DNA of 49,644 nt from Gammaproteobacteria bacterium (GCA_045561295.1 JBJKYD010000008.1:1-49644); one strand, 5' to 3'; positions 38,242 through 48,069 are shown, numbered from the stretch's first letter. The notes: generated by a model not told the origin, from the sequence alone. Made by a program: numbers and translations.

Positions 38242-38830
38242 AATTAGAACAGAGCCTTTTACGGATTTATTATTTAATACACTTCTAGGTTTCACATTTC
38301 TATTCTTTATAACGGTTCTTTTTATTAATCCTATTTCTAAAATAGGCAATGTTAATATGAAGGCAGAATATATTGTAACTGTTGATTGGAAAGACAGCTT
38401 ACCAGATGACGTTGATATATGGGTACAAGATCCAAACGGAGAGACAGTTTCTTATCTAAAAAAAGATGCAGGCTGGCTACATCTTGATCGAGATGATCAA
38501 GGTATAGTAAATGATGTAGTAACAATTGATGGTGAAGATATTATATATCCTATTAATAGAGAGGTTGTAACTCTAAGGGGCATTATTCCGGGCGAATATA
38601 TTTTAAATTTATATTTATATGAGCATAAAAGCGATCATCCAATCGATGTAAAAGTGATAATTGAAAAAGTAAACCCAACTTTGAAGTTAGTCTATGCAAA
38701 TAATATTACATTAGAAAAAAAAGATTCTGAAGTCACAGTAACAAGATTCTTTTTAGATGCGCAAGGAGAGTATTCATCTGGCGATAACCAAAAGAAAATA
38801 TTAACTCCGTACAACTTAAAAGGATTTTAA
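38225..38830 (+). CDS. MotB/ExbD-like single-TM partner (Asp in the TM) with a DUF2135-like soluble domain
   Basis: Basic N-terminus, TM segment PFTDLLFNTLLGF, then W...DDVDIWVQDPNGETVSY...LDRDD...E....PGEY. The domain call is from pattern memory. Confidence 0.65.
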   Translation: MRRRNRIRTEPFTDLLFNTLLGFTFLFFITVLFINPISKIGNVNMKAEYIVTVDWKDSLPDDVDIWVQDPNGETVSYLKKDAGWLHLDRDDQGIVNDVVTIDGEDIIYPINREVVTLRGIIPGEYILNLYLYEHKSDHPIDVKVIIEKVNPTLKLVYANNITLEKKDSEVTVTRFFLDAQGEYSSGDNQKKILTPYNLKGF

Positions 38831-38832
38831 AA

Positions 38833-39261
38833 ATGATATTATATCTTTATTTAATAGTTCTCCTAATAATATATATCATTCTTATTAGCCATTTTATTAA
38901 AGGTAAGAAATATAAACATAAGATATTAATAGTTTTAAGTATTTCAATATTATTTTCTTTCTTTTATGAAAGTATAAGAGAAAATGAGGGTTATGCTGTT
39001 ACAGAAAATCTACCCAAAAGTTTTTATGTACTAAATAGCTATGTATATGGAGACAACATCTTAATTTTAATCAAAGAAAACAACAATCGACCAAGGTTAT
39101 ACAAACTAAAAAAAACACTTAAACTAAATAAATTTCTAAAAAAATATAAAGGATTAAAAAATAATGGCCAAGATGTAATGGTAAAAAAGAATAATTCAAA
39201 GAGTGAAGACTCATTGGGCATGTATATTGAAAGTGTACAAAAGAAGTTGCCCCTCAAGTAA
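38833..39261 (+). CDS. Hypothetical membrane protein (two N-terminal TM helices and a basic soluble domain)
   Basis: 142-aa ORF starting 2 nt after the previous stop, preceded by AAGGA; two hydrophobic segments. Confidence 0.7.
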   Translation: MILYLYLIVLLIIYIILISHFIKGKKYKHKILIVLSISILFSFFYESIRENEGYAVTENLPKSFYVLNSYVYGDNILILIKENNNRPRLYKLKKTLKLNKFLKKYKGLKNNGQDVMVKKNNSKSEDSLGMYIESVQKKLPLK

Positions 39262-39327
39262 GACATAGAATTACAGGATTTTATTTGTTAGAATACTGCA
39301 GATTCTATATTAGAGGGAAAAGGAATT

Positions 39328-41913
39328 ATGTCAGAAAAATCAGAAATAACTATAAATAATAACAACTTCGATGTTTTTAATATAAATAAATACCAAATAA
39401 ATCACTTACCTTATTCTCTAAGGGTTTTAATGGAAAACTATTTAAGAAATGAATCTGATAATAATAAGTTTGACTCTATTATAGAAAAATTTACAAAATG
39501 GAATGGGAGCGCTGACGCTAATACCGAACTAACTTTTTATCCTAGTAGAGTTATTATGCAAGATTTTACCGGTGTACCTGCAGTAGTTGACTTAGCGTCA
39601 ATGAGAGATGCAATGACATCCTTAGATGAGAGTAAAGCTGATGCAGTCAACCCACAGTGCCAAACTGACTTAGTAATAGATCATTCTGTCATGGTTGATC
39701 ACTTTGGCACCTCTGAATCTAAAGATCTTAATACCAAGCTTGAATATGAGAGAAATACGGAAAGATATAAACTCTTAAAATGGGGTCAGCAAGCATTTAA
39801 AAATTTAAGAATAGTTCCACCTAACAACGGAATTATCCATCAGATCAACATTGAATATATTGCCAGGGTAATATATGAAAAAGAGGGACAGCTTTACCCT
39901 GACACAGTGGTTGGGACTGATTCACACACGACAATGGTAAATGGTCTCGGTGTTCTTGGATGGGGAGTTGGAGGGATTGAAGCTGAAGCTGCTATGTTAG
40001 GACAACCTATTCCTATGCTACTTCCAGAAGTAATTGGTTTTGAATTGACCGGTAAACTTGGTCAAACAACGACGGCAACAGATCTTGTGCTCACAATTGT
40101 CCAGATGCTTAGAGAAAAAAATGTTGTTGGTAAATTTGTTGAATTTTATGGCTCAGGACTAGATAACTTGAGTATAGCTGATAGATGTACAATCTCAAAC
40201 ATGGCTCCTGAGTATGGTGCTACTTGTGGATTTTTCCCAGTAGATGCTTTGACAATCGATTATTTGAAAATGACTGGTAAAGATGAAGATCATCTTGCAG
40301 TAGTAGAACAGTATAGTAAGACGTGCGGATTTTTTAGAGATGATAGTCAAGATATTAAATATACAAGCTCATTATCTTTAGATATGGGAGATGTTGAAGC
40401 TTGTCTCTCAGGTCCTAAACGACCACAAGATAGAGTTCTTCTCTCTGATGTTAAAGATGTATCTGAAAGAGAGATAAAGAAATTAAAAAAATCGCCCAGT
40501 TCAGATGGCGTGATTAATGATGGCGACATTCTTATTGCTGCTATAACAAGTTGTACTAATACATCAAATCCAAGTGTAATTTTGGGAGCAGGCTTGCTAG
40601 CAAAAAGGGCAGTAGAGAAAGGACTGGCAACGAAAGAATGGGTCAAGACATCACTCGCTCCAGGCTCTAGAGTTGTAGAAAACTATTTGAAAAAAGCAAA
40701 TCTTTTGGATTCGCTTAATAAGTTAGGTTTTAATATTGTTGGTTATGGGTGTACGACATGCATAGGGAATTCTGGACCACTCGATAATGAATATGTAAAA
40801 GAAATTAATGATAGAGATCTTGTTGTGAGCTCAATACTATCTGGAAACAGAAACTTTGAGGGAAGAATTCATCCAGAAATTAAGATGAATTTCCTTGCAA
40901 GCCCAATGCTAGTTGTAGCTTATTCACTTGTAGGAAAAATTAATGTAAATATAAATACAATCTCTCTAGGAAAAGACTCAAATGGTAACGATGTTTATTT
41001 AAAAGATATTTGGCCAAGTAATGACGAAATTAATAAAGTTATGACTAAAACTATTGATGGAGAAATGTTTAACCAGTCATACAAAAACCTTTTTGAAGGT
41101 GATAGTAATTGGATGTCTATTCCAACTTCTGACTCTGATAGATTCGATTGGGATGAAGAATCTACATACATTCAACCATCTCCATTTTTTGGTAAAGAAA
41201 AAGATGATCAAGAAAAATTACCTGCAATTGAAAATGCTTATCCACTTGTTATTTTGGGAGATAGTGTCACTACAGATCATATTTCACCTGCAGGATCTTT
41301 TAAGGATACAACTCCAGCCGGTAAACATTTGATTGATAATTCTGTGAATATTAAAGATTTTAATTCGTATGGATCCAGAAGAGGTAATTTCAAGATTATG
41401 CAAAGGGGCACTTTTGCGAATATCCGTTTATCAAATAAACTTGTTCCAGAGAAAACTGGTGGGTTCACAAAACTTTTGCCTCAAGGTAAAGAGATGTCAA
41501 TTTATGATGCAGCTCAAGAATATAAGAAAAGCGGCACTAACCTTATAATATTTGCTGGTAAAGATTATGGATGTGGATCATCGCGAGATTGGGCAGCAAA
41601 AGGCACTAAGTTGCTTGGTGTGAAGGCAGTCATTGCTGAGAGTTTTGAGCGAATTCATAGGTCAAATTTGGTAGGGATGGGAATTATGCCTCTTCAATTT
41701 AATAATGATGACAGCTTTGAAGCGCTTGGATTGAGTATGAATTCTTCTTTTGATATAGCAGAGATTAAGAAGGATGCAGATACCGTTACAATCACAGAAA
41801 AAGAAACGGGTAAATCTTTTGAGGCTAAAGTTAGAATTGATACAGAAAAAGAATGGGAATATTTCGTTAGTGACGGAATACTAAACTACGTCCTTAAAAA
41901 ACTTGCCAACTAA
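39328..41913 (+). CDS. acnA: Aconitate hydratase A
   Basis: QDFTGVP, DHSV, GTDSHT, AAITSCTNTSNP, GCTTCIGNSG, SGNRNFEGR, GSSRDWAAKG. Confidence 0.97.
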   Translation: MSEKSEITINNNNFDVFNINKYQINHLPYSLRVLMENYLRNESDNNKFDSIIEKFTKWNGSADANTELTFYPSRVIMQDFTGVPAVVDLASMRDAMTSLDESKADAVNPQCQTDLVIDHSVMVDHFGTSESKDLNTKLEYERNTERYKLLKWGQQAFKNLRIVPPNNGIIHQINIEYIARVIYEKEGQLYPDTVVGTDSHTTMVNGLGVLGWGVGGIEAEAAMLGQPIPMLLPEVIGFELTGKLGQTTTATDLVLTIVQMLREKNVVGKFVEFYGSGLDNLSIADRCTISNMAPEYGATCGFFPVDALTIDYLKMTGKDEDHLAVVEQYSKTCGFFRDDSQDIKYTSSLSLDMGDVEACLSGPKRPQDRVLLSDVKDVSEREIKKLKKSPSSDGVINDGDILIAAITSCTNTSNPSVILGAGLLAKRAVEKGLATKEWVKTSLAPGSRVVENYLKKANLLDSLNKLGFNIVGYGCTTCIGNSGPLDNEYVKEINDRDLVVSSILSGNRNFEGRIHPEIKMNFLASPMLVVAYSLVGKINVNINTISLGKDSNGNDVYLKDIWPSNDEINKVMTKTIDGEMFNQSYKNLFEGDSNWMSIPTSDSDRFDWDEESTYIQPSPFFGKEKDDQEKLPAIENAYPLVILGDSVTTDHISPAGSFKDTTPAGKHLIDNSVNIKDFNSYGSRRGNFKIMQRGTFANIRLSNKLVPEKTGGFTKLLPQGKEMSIYDAAQEYKKSGTNLIIFAGKDYGCGSSRDWAAKGTKLLGVKAVIAESFERIHRSNLVGMGIMPLQFNNDDSFEALGLSMNSSFDIAEIKKDADTVTITEKETGKSFEAKVRIDTEKEWEYFVSDGILNYVLKKLAN

Positions 41914-42518
41914 ACAGTAAGAGCTATTTCTGCTATCTTCTTTTTGAAGAGGAAGATTCTAAATTTAGTACCACCTGATTGTTGCCATAAAATGTATGAT
42001 CTAATTGCAGACAAAAGTAAGGCTCTAATCATCGAAGCATTTTTATTATCTGTGAGATATTTATTGTCACCATTTACTATAATTCTAGGATTGATTTTAC
42101 TGATTGTTCTTAAATAAAGATTTGATAAAAATTCGGCGTGTTCATGCAAATTATCTTCTGTCACATTTTCTGCATGATTAGACAATTCATCTCGTAAATT
42201 AGAAATAATTTCATTTTTTTTATTCATATTTCTTACTAATATATTTATTGCTTCGAAATATCTTGTTACTTCTGCATCTCTTGAAAATGCATCTCCTACT
42301 AATTGTTTCCTCAAGAAATCTAAACCAGTATTGAGACGTTTTAGATTAATATAAATATCTTCAATTTCATCAGATGTAGTTTGATATACGCTGTATATAA
42401 GAGGTTCAATAATTTTATTATTAATTTTTCCTTCCCAGGCTATCTTTTTAATTTCAGCACTTGCTTGATAGATTGCTCCGAGCGATATTACTTCGTTTCT
42501 TAGTTCTGGTTTAAACAT
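41910..42518 (-). CDS. hflD: High-frequency lysogenization protein HflD (DUF489)
   Basis: LGAIYQA, PRIIVNGD, IRALLLSAIRS..LWQQSGG; downstream of mnmA. Start reassigned to ATG 42518. Confidence 0.9.
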   Translation of the reverse strand: MFKPELRNEVISLGAIYQASAEIKKIAWEGKINNKIIEPLIYSVYQTTSDEIEDIYINLKRLNTGLDFLRKQLVGDAFSRDAEVTRYFEAINILVRNMNKKNEIISNLRDELSNHAENVTEDNLHEHAEFLSNLYLRTISKINPRIIVNGDNKYLTDNKNASMIRALLLSAIRSYILWQQSGGTKFRIFLFKKKIAEIALTV

Positions 42519-43588
42519 TTTGAAATAACTGTTCCTCCACCTATACATTGTGTACCAATATATAATACTGCAGCTTGACCCTGAGCAATACCTCTTTCAT
42601 TTTCTTTCAATGTTAAAATGTATTTATTATTTTTAATATTCAAAATACAGTCTCTAAGTTCACCACCATGACGGAATCTAGCTTTAACTTTTTCTCTATC
42701 TGATATTTCATTTATGGCATTAAATTGATCCAACTCAATTTCTCCTGTGTAATAAAGATGTGTCTGATCTTGGCTGACTATCAGTGAATTTTTATTTATA
42801 TTTTTATCAATGACGTACCATGGAGAATCTAAACTATCTTTTATCCCGCCAATATCAATACCTTTCCTCTGTCCTATAGTATATTTGCTTAAACCTTTAT
42901 GAATACCTATTATCCTGTCGTTATCATAATTAATTATTGGCCCTTTGATCGGCTCTACGTAACTGTCTATAAATGTCGAAAACTTTCTTTTTCCAATAAA
43001 ACATATCCCCATACTTTCTTTTTTTCTCTCTAGTCCTAATCCCAAGTCTACTGCAATTTTTTTCACATCATCTTTTTTTAGTTCCTCAAGAGGAAATATT
43101 GTATTCTTTAAAATCTTCTTATCCATTGTATATAAAAAATAAGTTTGATCTTTAACTTTATCTTTAGGTGAGTGTAGTTCAGCATATTTATTATTAATTT
43201 TTTTTGCATAATGCCCTGTAGCAATTAAATCAAAACCTTGGGACAGTGCATATTTATAAAATTGATTAAATTTAATTTCTTTATTGCAAAAAACATCTGG
43301 ATTAGGGGTGAAGCCTTTTTTTAAATCATTGATAAAAATTTCAAATACATTAGTCCAATATTTATCTGAGAAATTAATTAGATTTAGCTTTATATTAAGA
43401 AGCTTACATACTCTTTTTGCATCCTCGTAGTCTTCTTTTGAATTACATTCATCCTGATCATCCTCTTCCCAATTTTTCATAAATATACCCTCTACGTCAT
43501 ATTTATCCTGAGAAAGCAGGTATGCAGCTACAGATGAATCAACTCCACCTGACATGCCTATAGCAACTCTTTGCTTTGATTTAGTCAT
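42500..43588 (-). CDS. mnmA: tRNA-specific 2-thiouridylase
   Basis: MSGGVDSS, TPNPDVFCN, ATGHY, KDQTYFL, ESMGICFIG, YTIGQRKG. Confidence 0.97.
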   Translation of the reverse strand: MTKSKQRVAIGMSGGVDSSVAAYLLSQDKYDVEGIFMKNWEEDDQDECNSKEDYEDAKRVCKLLNIKLNLINFSDKYWTNVFEIFINDLKKGFTPNPDVFCNKEIKFNQFYKYALSQGFDLIATGHYAKKINNKYAELHSPKDKVKDQTYFLYTMDKKILKNTIFPLEELKKDDVKKIAVDLGLGLERKKESMGICFIGKRKFSTFIDSYVEPIKGPIINYDNDRIIGIHKGLSKYTIGQRKGIDIGGIKDSLDSPWYVIDKNINKNSLIVSQDQTHLYYTGEIELDQFNAINEISDREKVKARFRHGGELRDCILNIKNNKYILTLKENERGIAQGQAAVLYIGTQCIGGGTVISKCLNQN

Positions 43589-43654
43589 ATATTCTCTTTT
43601 TAGTGCACATTATAATTGAATATCCAAATCATGATAATAATTAGGCTATTTGAT

Positions 43655-43683
43655 TTGTCAAATAATCTTACAAGTAGTATCAT
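43655..43683 (+). promoter_or_regulatory. Putative sigma70 promoter of aceA-icd
   Basis: TTGTCA-17 nt-TATCAT upstream of the aceA SD (GAGGT). Confidence 0.45.
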
Positions 43684-43717
43684 CTAGCCAATTATTTTTA
43701 TGACTAATGAGGTAACA

Positions 43718-44998
43718 ATGAACAAAATGAGATCTGCAGCAGATATTCAAAAAGAGTGGGACAGTAATCCTAGATGGAAAAATGTAAAACGTGACTACAC
43801 AGCGGAGGAAGTCGCTAAATTAAGTGGAAGTGTAAATATTGAGTACAGTCTTGCTAAACAAGGAGCTGAAAAGCTTTGGAACGAAATAAATAACAGTGAT
43901 TTTGTAAATGCACTAGGCGCACTGACAGGAAACCAAGCTATGCAACAAGCTAAAGCTGGTCTAAGAGCAGTATACTTATCTGGTTGGCAAGTTGCTGGTG
44001 ATGCAAATACTGGCATGCAAATGTATCCAGATCAATCATTATACCCTGTGGACAGCGTCCCATCAGTCGTAAAACGTATTAATAACTCACTAAGAAGAGC
44101 AGATCAACTTAACATTGCCGAAGGTAATGATCCAGTAGACTACATGCTACCTATTGTAGCTGATGCGGAAGCAGGATTTGGGGGAGTACTAAATGCTCAT
44201 GAACTTATGAAGGCTATGATTGAAGCAGGTGCTGCCGGTGTACATTTTGAAGATCAATTAGCATCTGCAAAAAAATGCGGCCATATGGGCGGGAAAGTAC
44301 TTGTACCTACTCAAGAAGCCGTTCAAAAGCTTGCTGCAGCTAGGTTGGCAGCGGATATATACGGAACACCTACTGTCCTATTAGCACGTACAGATGCTGA
44401 AGCGGCCAACTTGCTTACAAGCGATGTAGATGAGAGAGATAGAGAATTTACTACTGGCGAGAGGACAGCAGAGGGGTTTTATCGAGTAAAAAATGGTATT
44501 GATCAAGCAATATCTAGAGGTTTAGCATACGCACCATATGCTGATTTAGTCTGGTGCGAGACAGGAGTTCCTGATCTTGATTTTGCTAAAAAATTTGCTG
44601 ACGCATTGAAAAAAGAGCATCCAGAACAATTACTAGCATACAACTGCTCACCTTCTTTTAATTGGAAGAAAAACCTTGATGATGCACAAATTGCTAAATT
44701 CCAAAAAGAATTAGGCGCAATGGGATATAAATTCCAGTTCATCACGTTAGCTGGTTTCCATGCATTAAACTACAGTATGTTTGAGCTTTCTAAAGGTTAC
44801 AATGCAGAGCAAATGACAGCATATGTCAGACTGCAAGAAGCTGAGTTTGCTGCTGAAAAAGATGGCTATACAGCTACTAAACATCAAAGAGAGGTTGGAA
44901 CTGGTTACTTTGACTCAGTTACACAAGTAATTACAGGCGGATCATCATCAGTAACTGCTTTAACTGGCTCAACAGAAGAAGAGCAATTTGATAAGTAA
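43718..44998 (+). CDS. aceA: Isocitrate lyase
   Basis: [50 protein letters not shown] precedes ATG 43718. Confidence 0.98.
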   Translation: MNKMRSAADIQKEWDSNPRWKNVKRDYTAEEVAKLSGSVNIEYSLAKQGAEKLWNEINNSDFVNALGALTGNQAMQQAKAGLRAVYLSGWQVAGDANTGMQMYPDQSLYPVDSVPSVVKRINNSLRRADQLNIAEGNDPVDYMLPIVADAEAGFGGVLNAHELMKAMIEAGAAGVHFEDQLASAKKCGHMGGKVLVPTQEAVQKLAAARLAADIYGTPTVLLARTDAEAANLLTSDVDERDREFTTGERTAEGFYRVKNGIDQAISRGLAYAPYADLVWCETGVPDLDFAKKFADALKKEHPEQLLAYNCSPSFNWKKNLDDAQIAKFQKELGAMGYKFQFITLAGFHALNYSMFELSKGYNAEQMTAYVRLQEAEFAAEKDGYTATKHQREVGTGYFDSVTQVITGGSSSVTALTGSTEEEQFDK

Positions 44999-45011
44999 AG
45001 GAGTCTATTGA

Positions 45012-46328
45012 TTGAAGCTTAACATTCCATCGGACGGAACCAAGATTGGGCATGACGGCGAGAAGCTTGTTGTGCCTAATAATCCTATAATCCCATACAT
45101 CATAGGAGATGGAATCGGGATAGACGTAACTCCAGTCATGAAGCGCGTATTGGACTATGCAGTCAATAAAGCATATGGTAATTCAAGGGAAATCAAATGG
45201 TTAGAATTATATGCTGGTTCTAATTCTGAAGACTTATACGGATCCATATTGCCAGAAGAGACAATAGAGGCCATGAAAGATTATAGAATTTCAATCAAGG
45301 GTCCGCTCACTACACCTATTGGGAAAGGCCATAAATCTATAAATGTTAGGATCAGACAGAAATTAGATTTATTTGCATGCGTTAGGCCTATTAAATATTT
45401 CCCTGGAACTAGCACACCTATGGCTGAATCAGGCCTTACAGATATGGTGGTGTTTAGGGAAAATACAGAGGATTTATATTCTGGTATAGAATGGGAGCCA
45501 AATTCGCCTGGGGCTAAAAGAATTATAGATTTCATAAATAAAGAACTAGGTTGTTCACCATTTAGATTTGAAAATAACTGTGGAATTGGCATCAAACCGG
45601 TATCTGAAGAGGGTACAAAAAGACTTATAAGGATGGCAATAGATTATTCATTGGCAATGAATAAGTCTAGTATCACCATTGTACATAAAGGAAACATCAT
45701 GAAATATACAGAAGGTGCTTTTCGTGATTGGGCATATGATGTTGTTACAAATGAATATAACGGGATAATTCAGAAAGATAATACGTATATTATCGAGAAT
45801 TCTAAATTTAACTCAGAAATAATAGTCAAAGACTGTATTGCTGATAATTTTCTCCAACAAATTATTCTAGCTCCAGAGCAGCATGACGTAATTGCAACAT
45901 TGAATCTTAATGGAGATTACATTTCTGATGCACTAGCTGCACAGGTTGGAGGTATTGGGATGGCTCCTGGAGGTAATATAGGAGATGGATGTGCTGTTTT
46001 TGAGGCAACTCATGGTTCTGCAGAGCCATTTGCTGGCAAAAATAGAGTAAATCCTGGTTCTATTATTCTATCAGGTGAAATGATGTTGAGGTATCTTGGA
46101 TGGACTGAAGCTGCAGACCTCGTTATTAAAGGTGTCAAAGGCGCTATTCAGAAGAAACAGCTAACTTATGATCTAGCACGAGCTCGTGCAGGTAAGAGGT
46201 TAATTAGGGTTAAAACATCTGAAAAACATAAAACTATTGATGTTAAGGAAGAAATAGCAAAATTAGTTCCTGGTGCAACGTTAGTGTCAACAAGCGGCTT
46301 CGGCGACGCAGTTATCAACAATCTTTAA
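45012..46328 (+). CDS. icd: Homodimeric isocitrate dehydrogenase
   Basis: GDGIG, KGPLTTP, RENTEDLY, VHKGNIMK, NLNGDYISDALAA, EATHG; TTG start after AGGAG. Confidence 0.93.
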   Translation: MKLNIPSDGTKIGHDGEKLVVPNNPIIPYIIGDGIGIDVTPVMKRVLDYAVNKAYGNSREIKWLELYAGSNSEDLYGSILPEETIEAMKDYRISIKGPLTTPIGKGHKSINVRIRQKLDLFACVRPIKYFPGTSTPMAESGLTDMVVFRENTEDLYSGIEWEPNSPGAKRIIDFINKELGCSPFRFENNCGIGIKPVSEEGTKRLIRMAIDYSLAMNKSSITIVHKGNIMKYTEGAFRDWAYDVVTNEYNGIIQKDNTYIIENSKFNSEIIVKDCIADNFLQQIILAPEQHDVIATLNLNGDYISDALAAQVGGIGMAPGGNIGDGCAVFEATHGSAEPFAGKNRVNPGSIILSGEMMLRYLGWTEAADLVIKGVKGAIQKKQLTYDLARARAGKRLIRVKTSEKHKTIDVKEEIAKLVPGATLVSTSGFGDAVINNL

Positions 46329-46332
46329 TACT

Positions 46333-46551
46333 CTATTTATCTCTAAAAATAATTCGACCTTTGGATAAATCATAAGGGGTAAGTGCTACCATAACGCTAT
46401 CTCCTCTGAGTATGCGTATATAGTGTTTTCTAATTTTTCCAGATATATGAGCTGTAACTATATGCCCATTTTCAAGTTCTACTCGAAACATTGTATTAGG
46501 GAGTGTCTCTACGACTTTGCCGGGCATTTCAATCTGTTCTTTTTTTGTCAT
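46333..46551 (-). CDS. infA: Translation initiation factor IF-1
   Basis: [28 protein letters not shown]. Confidence 0.97.
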   Translation of the reverse strand: MTKKEQIEMPGKVVETLPNTMFRVELENGHIVTAHISGKIRKHYIRILRGDSVMVALTPYDLSKGRIIFRDK

Positions 46552-46602
46552 ATGTAATATATTGGTGAATATTGTAGCAAAATATTAAAATTTATAACAC
46601 AA

Positions 46603-47016
46603 ATGTTTAGAGCCGAAGAGAAAAAGAAAAAAAAAGAGTTTAAGGAAATTAAATTCAATCACTTGATGTCTATTTATGAATTGAATTACCATAATTTTAA
46701 ACAATTCTTAAATTTTAAAGCCAGAGAATCTTCAGAAAATTTAAATACAAAAAAAAACTTAATTATTGAAGATGTTTTTAAAGATAAATTCACGCGCATT
46801 TTCAGAATGTATCATAGATTTAGCTATGATGAACAACTTCAGGCTAACAGAACCTTTTCAATTAAATCACATTTGATTTTTTATATGTATGATGATGCCC
46901 AACTTCTTGAAGTAAAATCATTAAATGATAATAAAAAATTTGAAAGCACAATGTCTCATAAAATTAAATTGAACCTCAATTTATTTTATTGGATAAAAAA
47001 TTATATTAATCAATAA
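46603..47016 (+). CDS. Hypothetical protein, possibly DUF1249 (YqiB-like)
   Basis: LMSIYELNY...YDDAQLLEV...KIKLN..L..W resembles the DUF1249 pattern (from memory). Confidence 0.5.
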   Translation: MFRAEEKKKKKEFKEIKFNHLMSIYELNYHNFKQFLNFKARESSENLNTKKNLIIEDVFKDKFTRIFRMYHRFSYDEQLQANRTFSIKSHLIFYMYDDAQLLEVKSLNDNKKFESTMSHKIKLNLNLFYWIKNYINQ

Positions 47017-47074
47017 CTTAACAATATATTTCAATATTTTAATAATTTAACTGTTTTAAATTTATTGTAATAAT

Positions 47075-47128
47075 ACAGTTGACTAGGTTGAAATAACGAT
47101 ATTAAACCTTACAATATTAGTCAGGAAT
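47075..47128 (+). promoter_or_regulatory. Putative iscR promoter with IscR type-1-like boxes
   Basis: AAACCTTACAATATTAGTCAGGAAT (47104-47128) matches 21/25 positions of ATASYYGACTRWWWYAGTCRRSTAT. A half-site ACAGTTGACTA lies at 47075-47085. Both flank or overlap TTGAAA-16-TACAAT. Confidence 0.6.
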
Positions 47129-47160
47129 TAAGGAAAAATCATTTTAACGGAGGTTATAAA

Positions 47161-47607
47161 ATGAAACTATCAGCAAAAGGAAGATATGCTATTAAGGCGT
47201 TAGTAAATATTGCAACAAATGATTCAAATTCGCCTAAAACACTATTAGAGATATCTAAGTATCAGGGGATATCTTTATCATATTTAGAACAGTTGTTTTC
47301 TTTACTAAGGAAACACGATCTAGTCAGTGGCGTTCGCGGACCAGGTGGAGGTTATAGACTTAAAGATAATCCTGATAACATCACAATTGCAAAAATCATA
47401 AAGGCTATTAATCCAGAGGGAGTAAGTCAGGTCGATAATGATAAAACAGATGATGCAGTATGGGATAAATTTAGTAAAAAACTTACTAACTACCTTGATA
47501 CTGTTACGCTTGGCAGTTTGATTGATGAGACTAAAACTACTAGAAATGATATTGATTTAGAGGAGTTAACAAACTATTATCAGCAAGATCAAGATTTAAC
47601 TGATTAA
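47161..47607 (+). CDS. iscR: Rrf2-family regulator, IscR-like, lacking the Fe-S ligand cysteines
   Basis: KGRYA, QGISLSYLEQLF, VRGPGGGY; upstream of iscU; no Cys anywhere in the protein. Confidence 0.85.
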   Translation: MKLSAKGRYAIKALVNIATNDSNSPKTLLEISKYQGISLSYLEQLFSLLRKHDLVSGVRGPGGGYRLKDNPDNITIAKIIKAINPEGVSQVDNDKTDDAVWDKFSKKLTNYLDTVTLGSLIDETKTTRNDIDLEELTNYYQQDQDLTD

Positions 47608-47632
47608 TTTAATCTTAGAATAGGGAGATAAG

Positions 47633-48010
47633 ATGGCATACAGTGATAAAGTTTTAGATCATTATGAGAATCCTAGAAATGTAGGTACTTTTGATGGTGA
47701 AAATAATGTAGGAACTGGCATGGTTGGTGCTCCGGCATGTGGTGATGTTATGAAACTACAAATAAAAGTCAGTGATGATGGCATTATTGAAGATGCTAAA
47801 TTTAAGACTTATGGTTGTGGTTCTGCTATAGCATCAAGCTCGTTACTAACAGAGTGGGTAAAGGGTAAATCATTAACTGAAGCTTCACTAATCAAGAATA
47901 CTGACATTGCTGAAGAACTTGCTCTGCCACCTGTAAAGATACACTGTTCTGTTTTGGCTGAAGATGCCATAAGTGCAGCTATCGAGGACTACAAGAGTAA
48001 GAAAAAATAA
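47633..48010 (+). CDS. iscU: Fe-S cluster scaffold IscU
   Basis: MAYSDKVLDHYENPRNVG, APACGDVM, YGCGSAIASSS, LPPVKIHCS. Confidence 0.98.
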   Translation: MAYSDKVLDHYENPRNVGTFDGENNVGTGMVGAPACGDVMKLQIKVSDDGIIEDAKFKTYGCGSAIASSSLLTEWVKGKSLTEASLIKNTDIAEELALPPVKIHCSVLAEDAISAAIEDYKSKKK

Positions 48011-48069
48011 CATTGCGATTGTATATATATTTTAATATTATATAACTAAGCAAAATAGGAGTAAATATT

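Noticed and set aside
37594-38830. Zorya (ZorAB) defence system or flagellar stator MotAB
   Set aside because: The A subunit lacks the long cytoplasmic ZorA tail, the B subunit has no recognisable OmpA-like domain, and there are no zorC/D/E or flagellar genes nearby. Kept as an unclassified motor.
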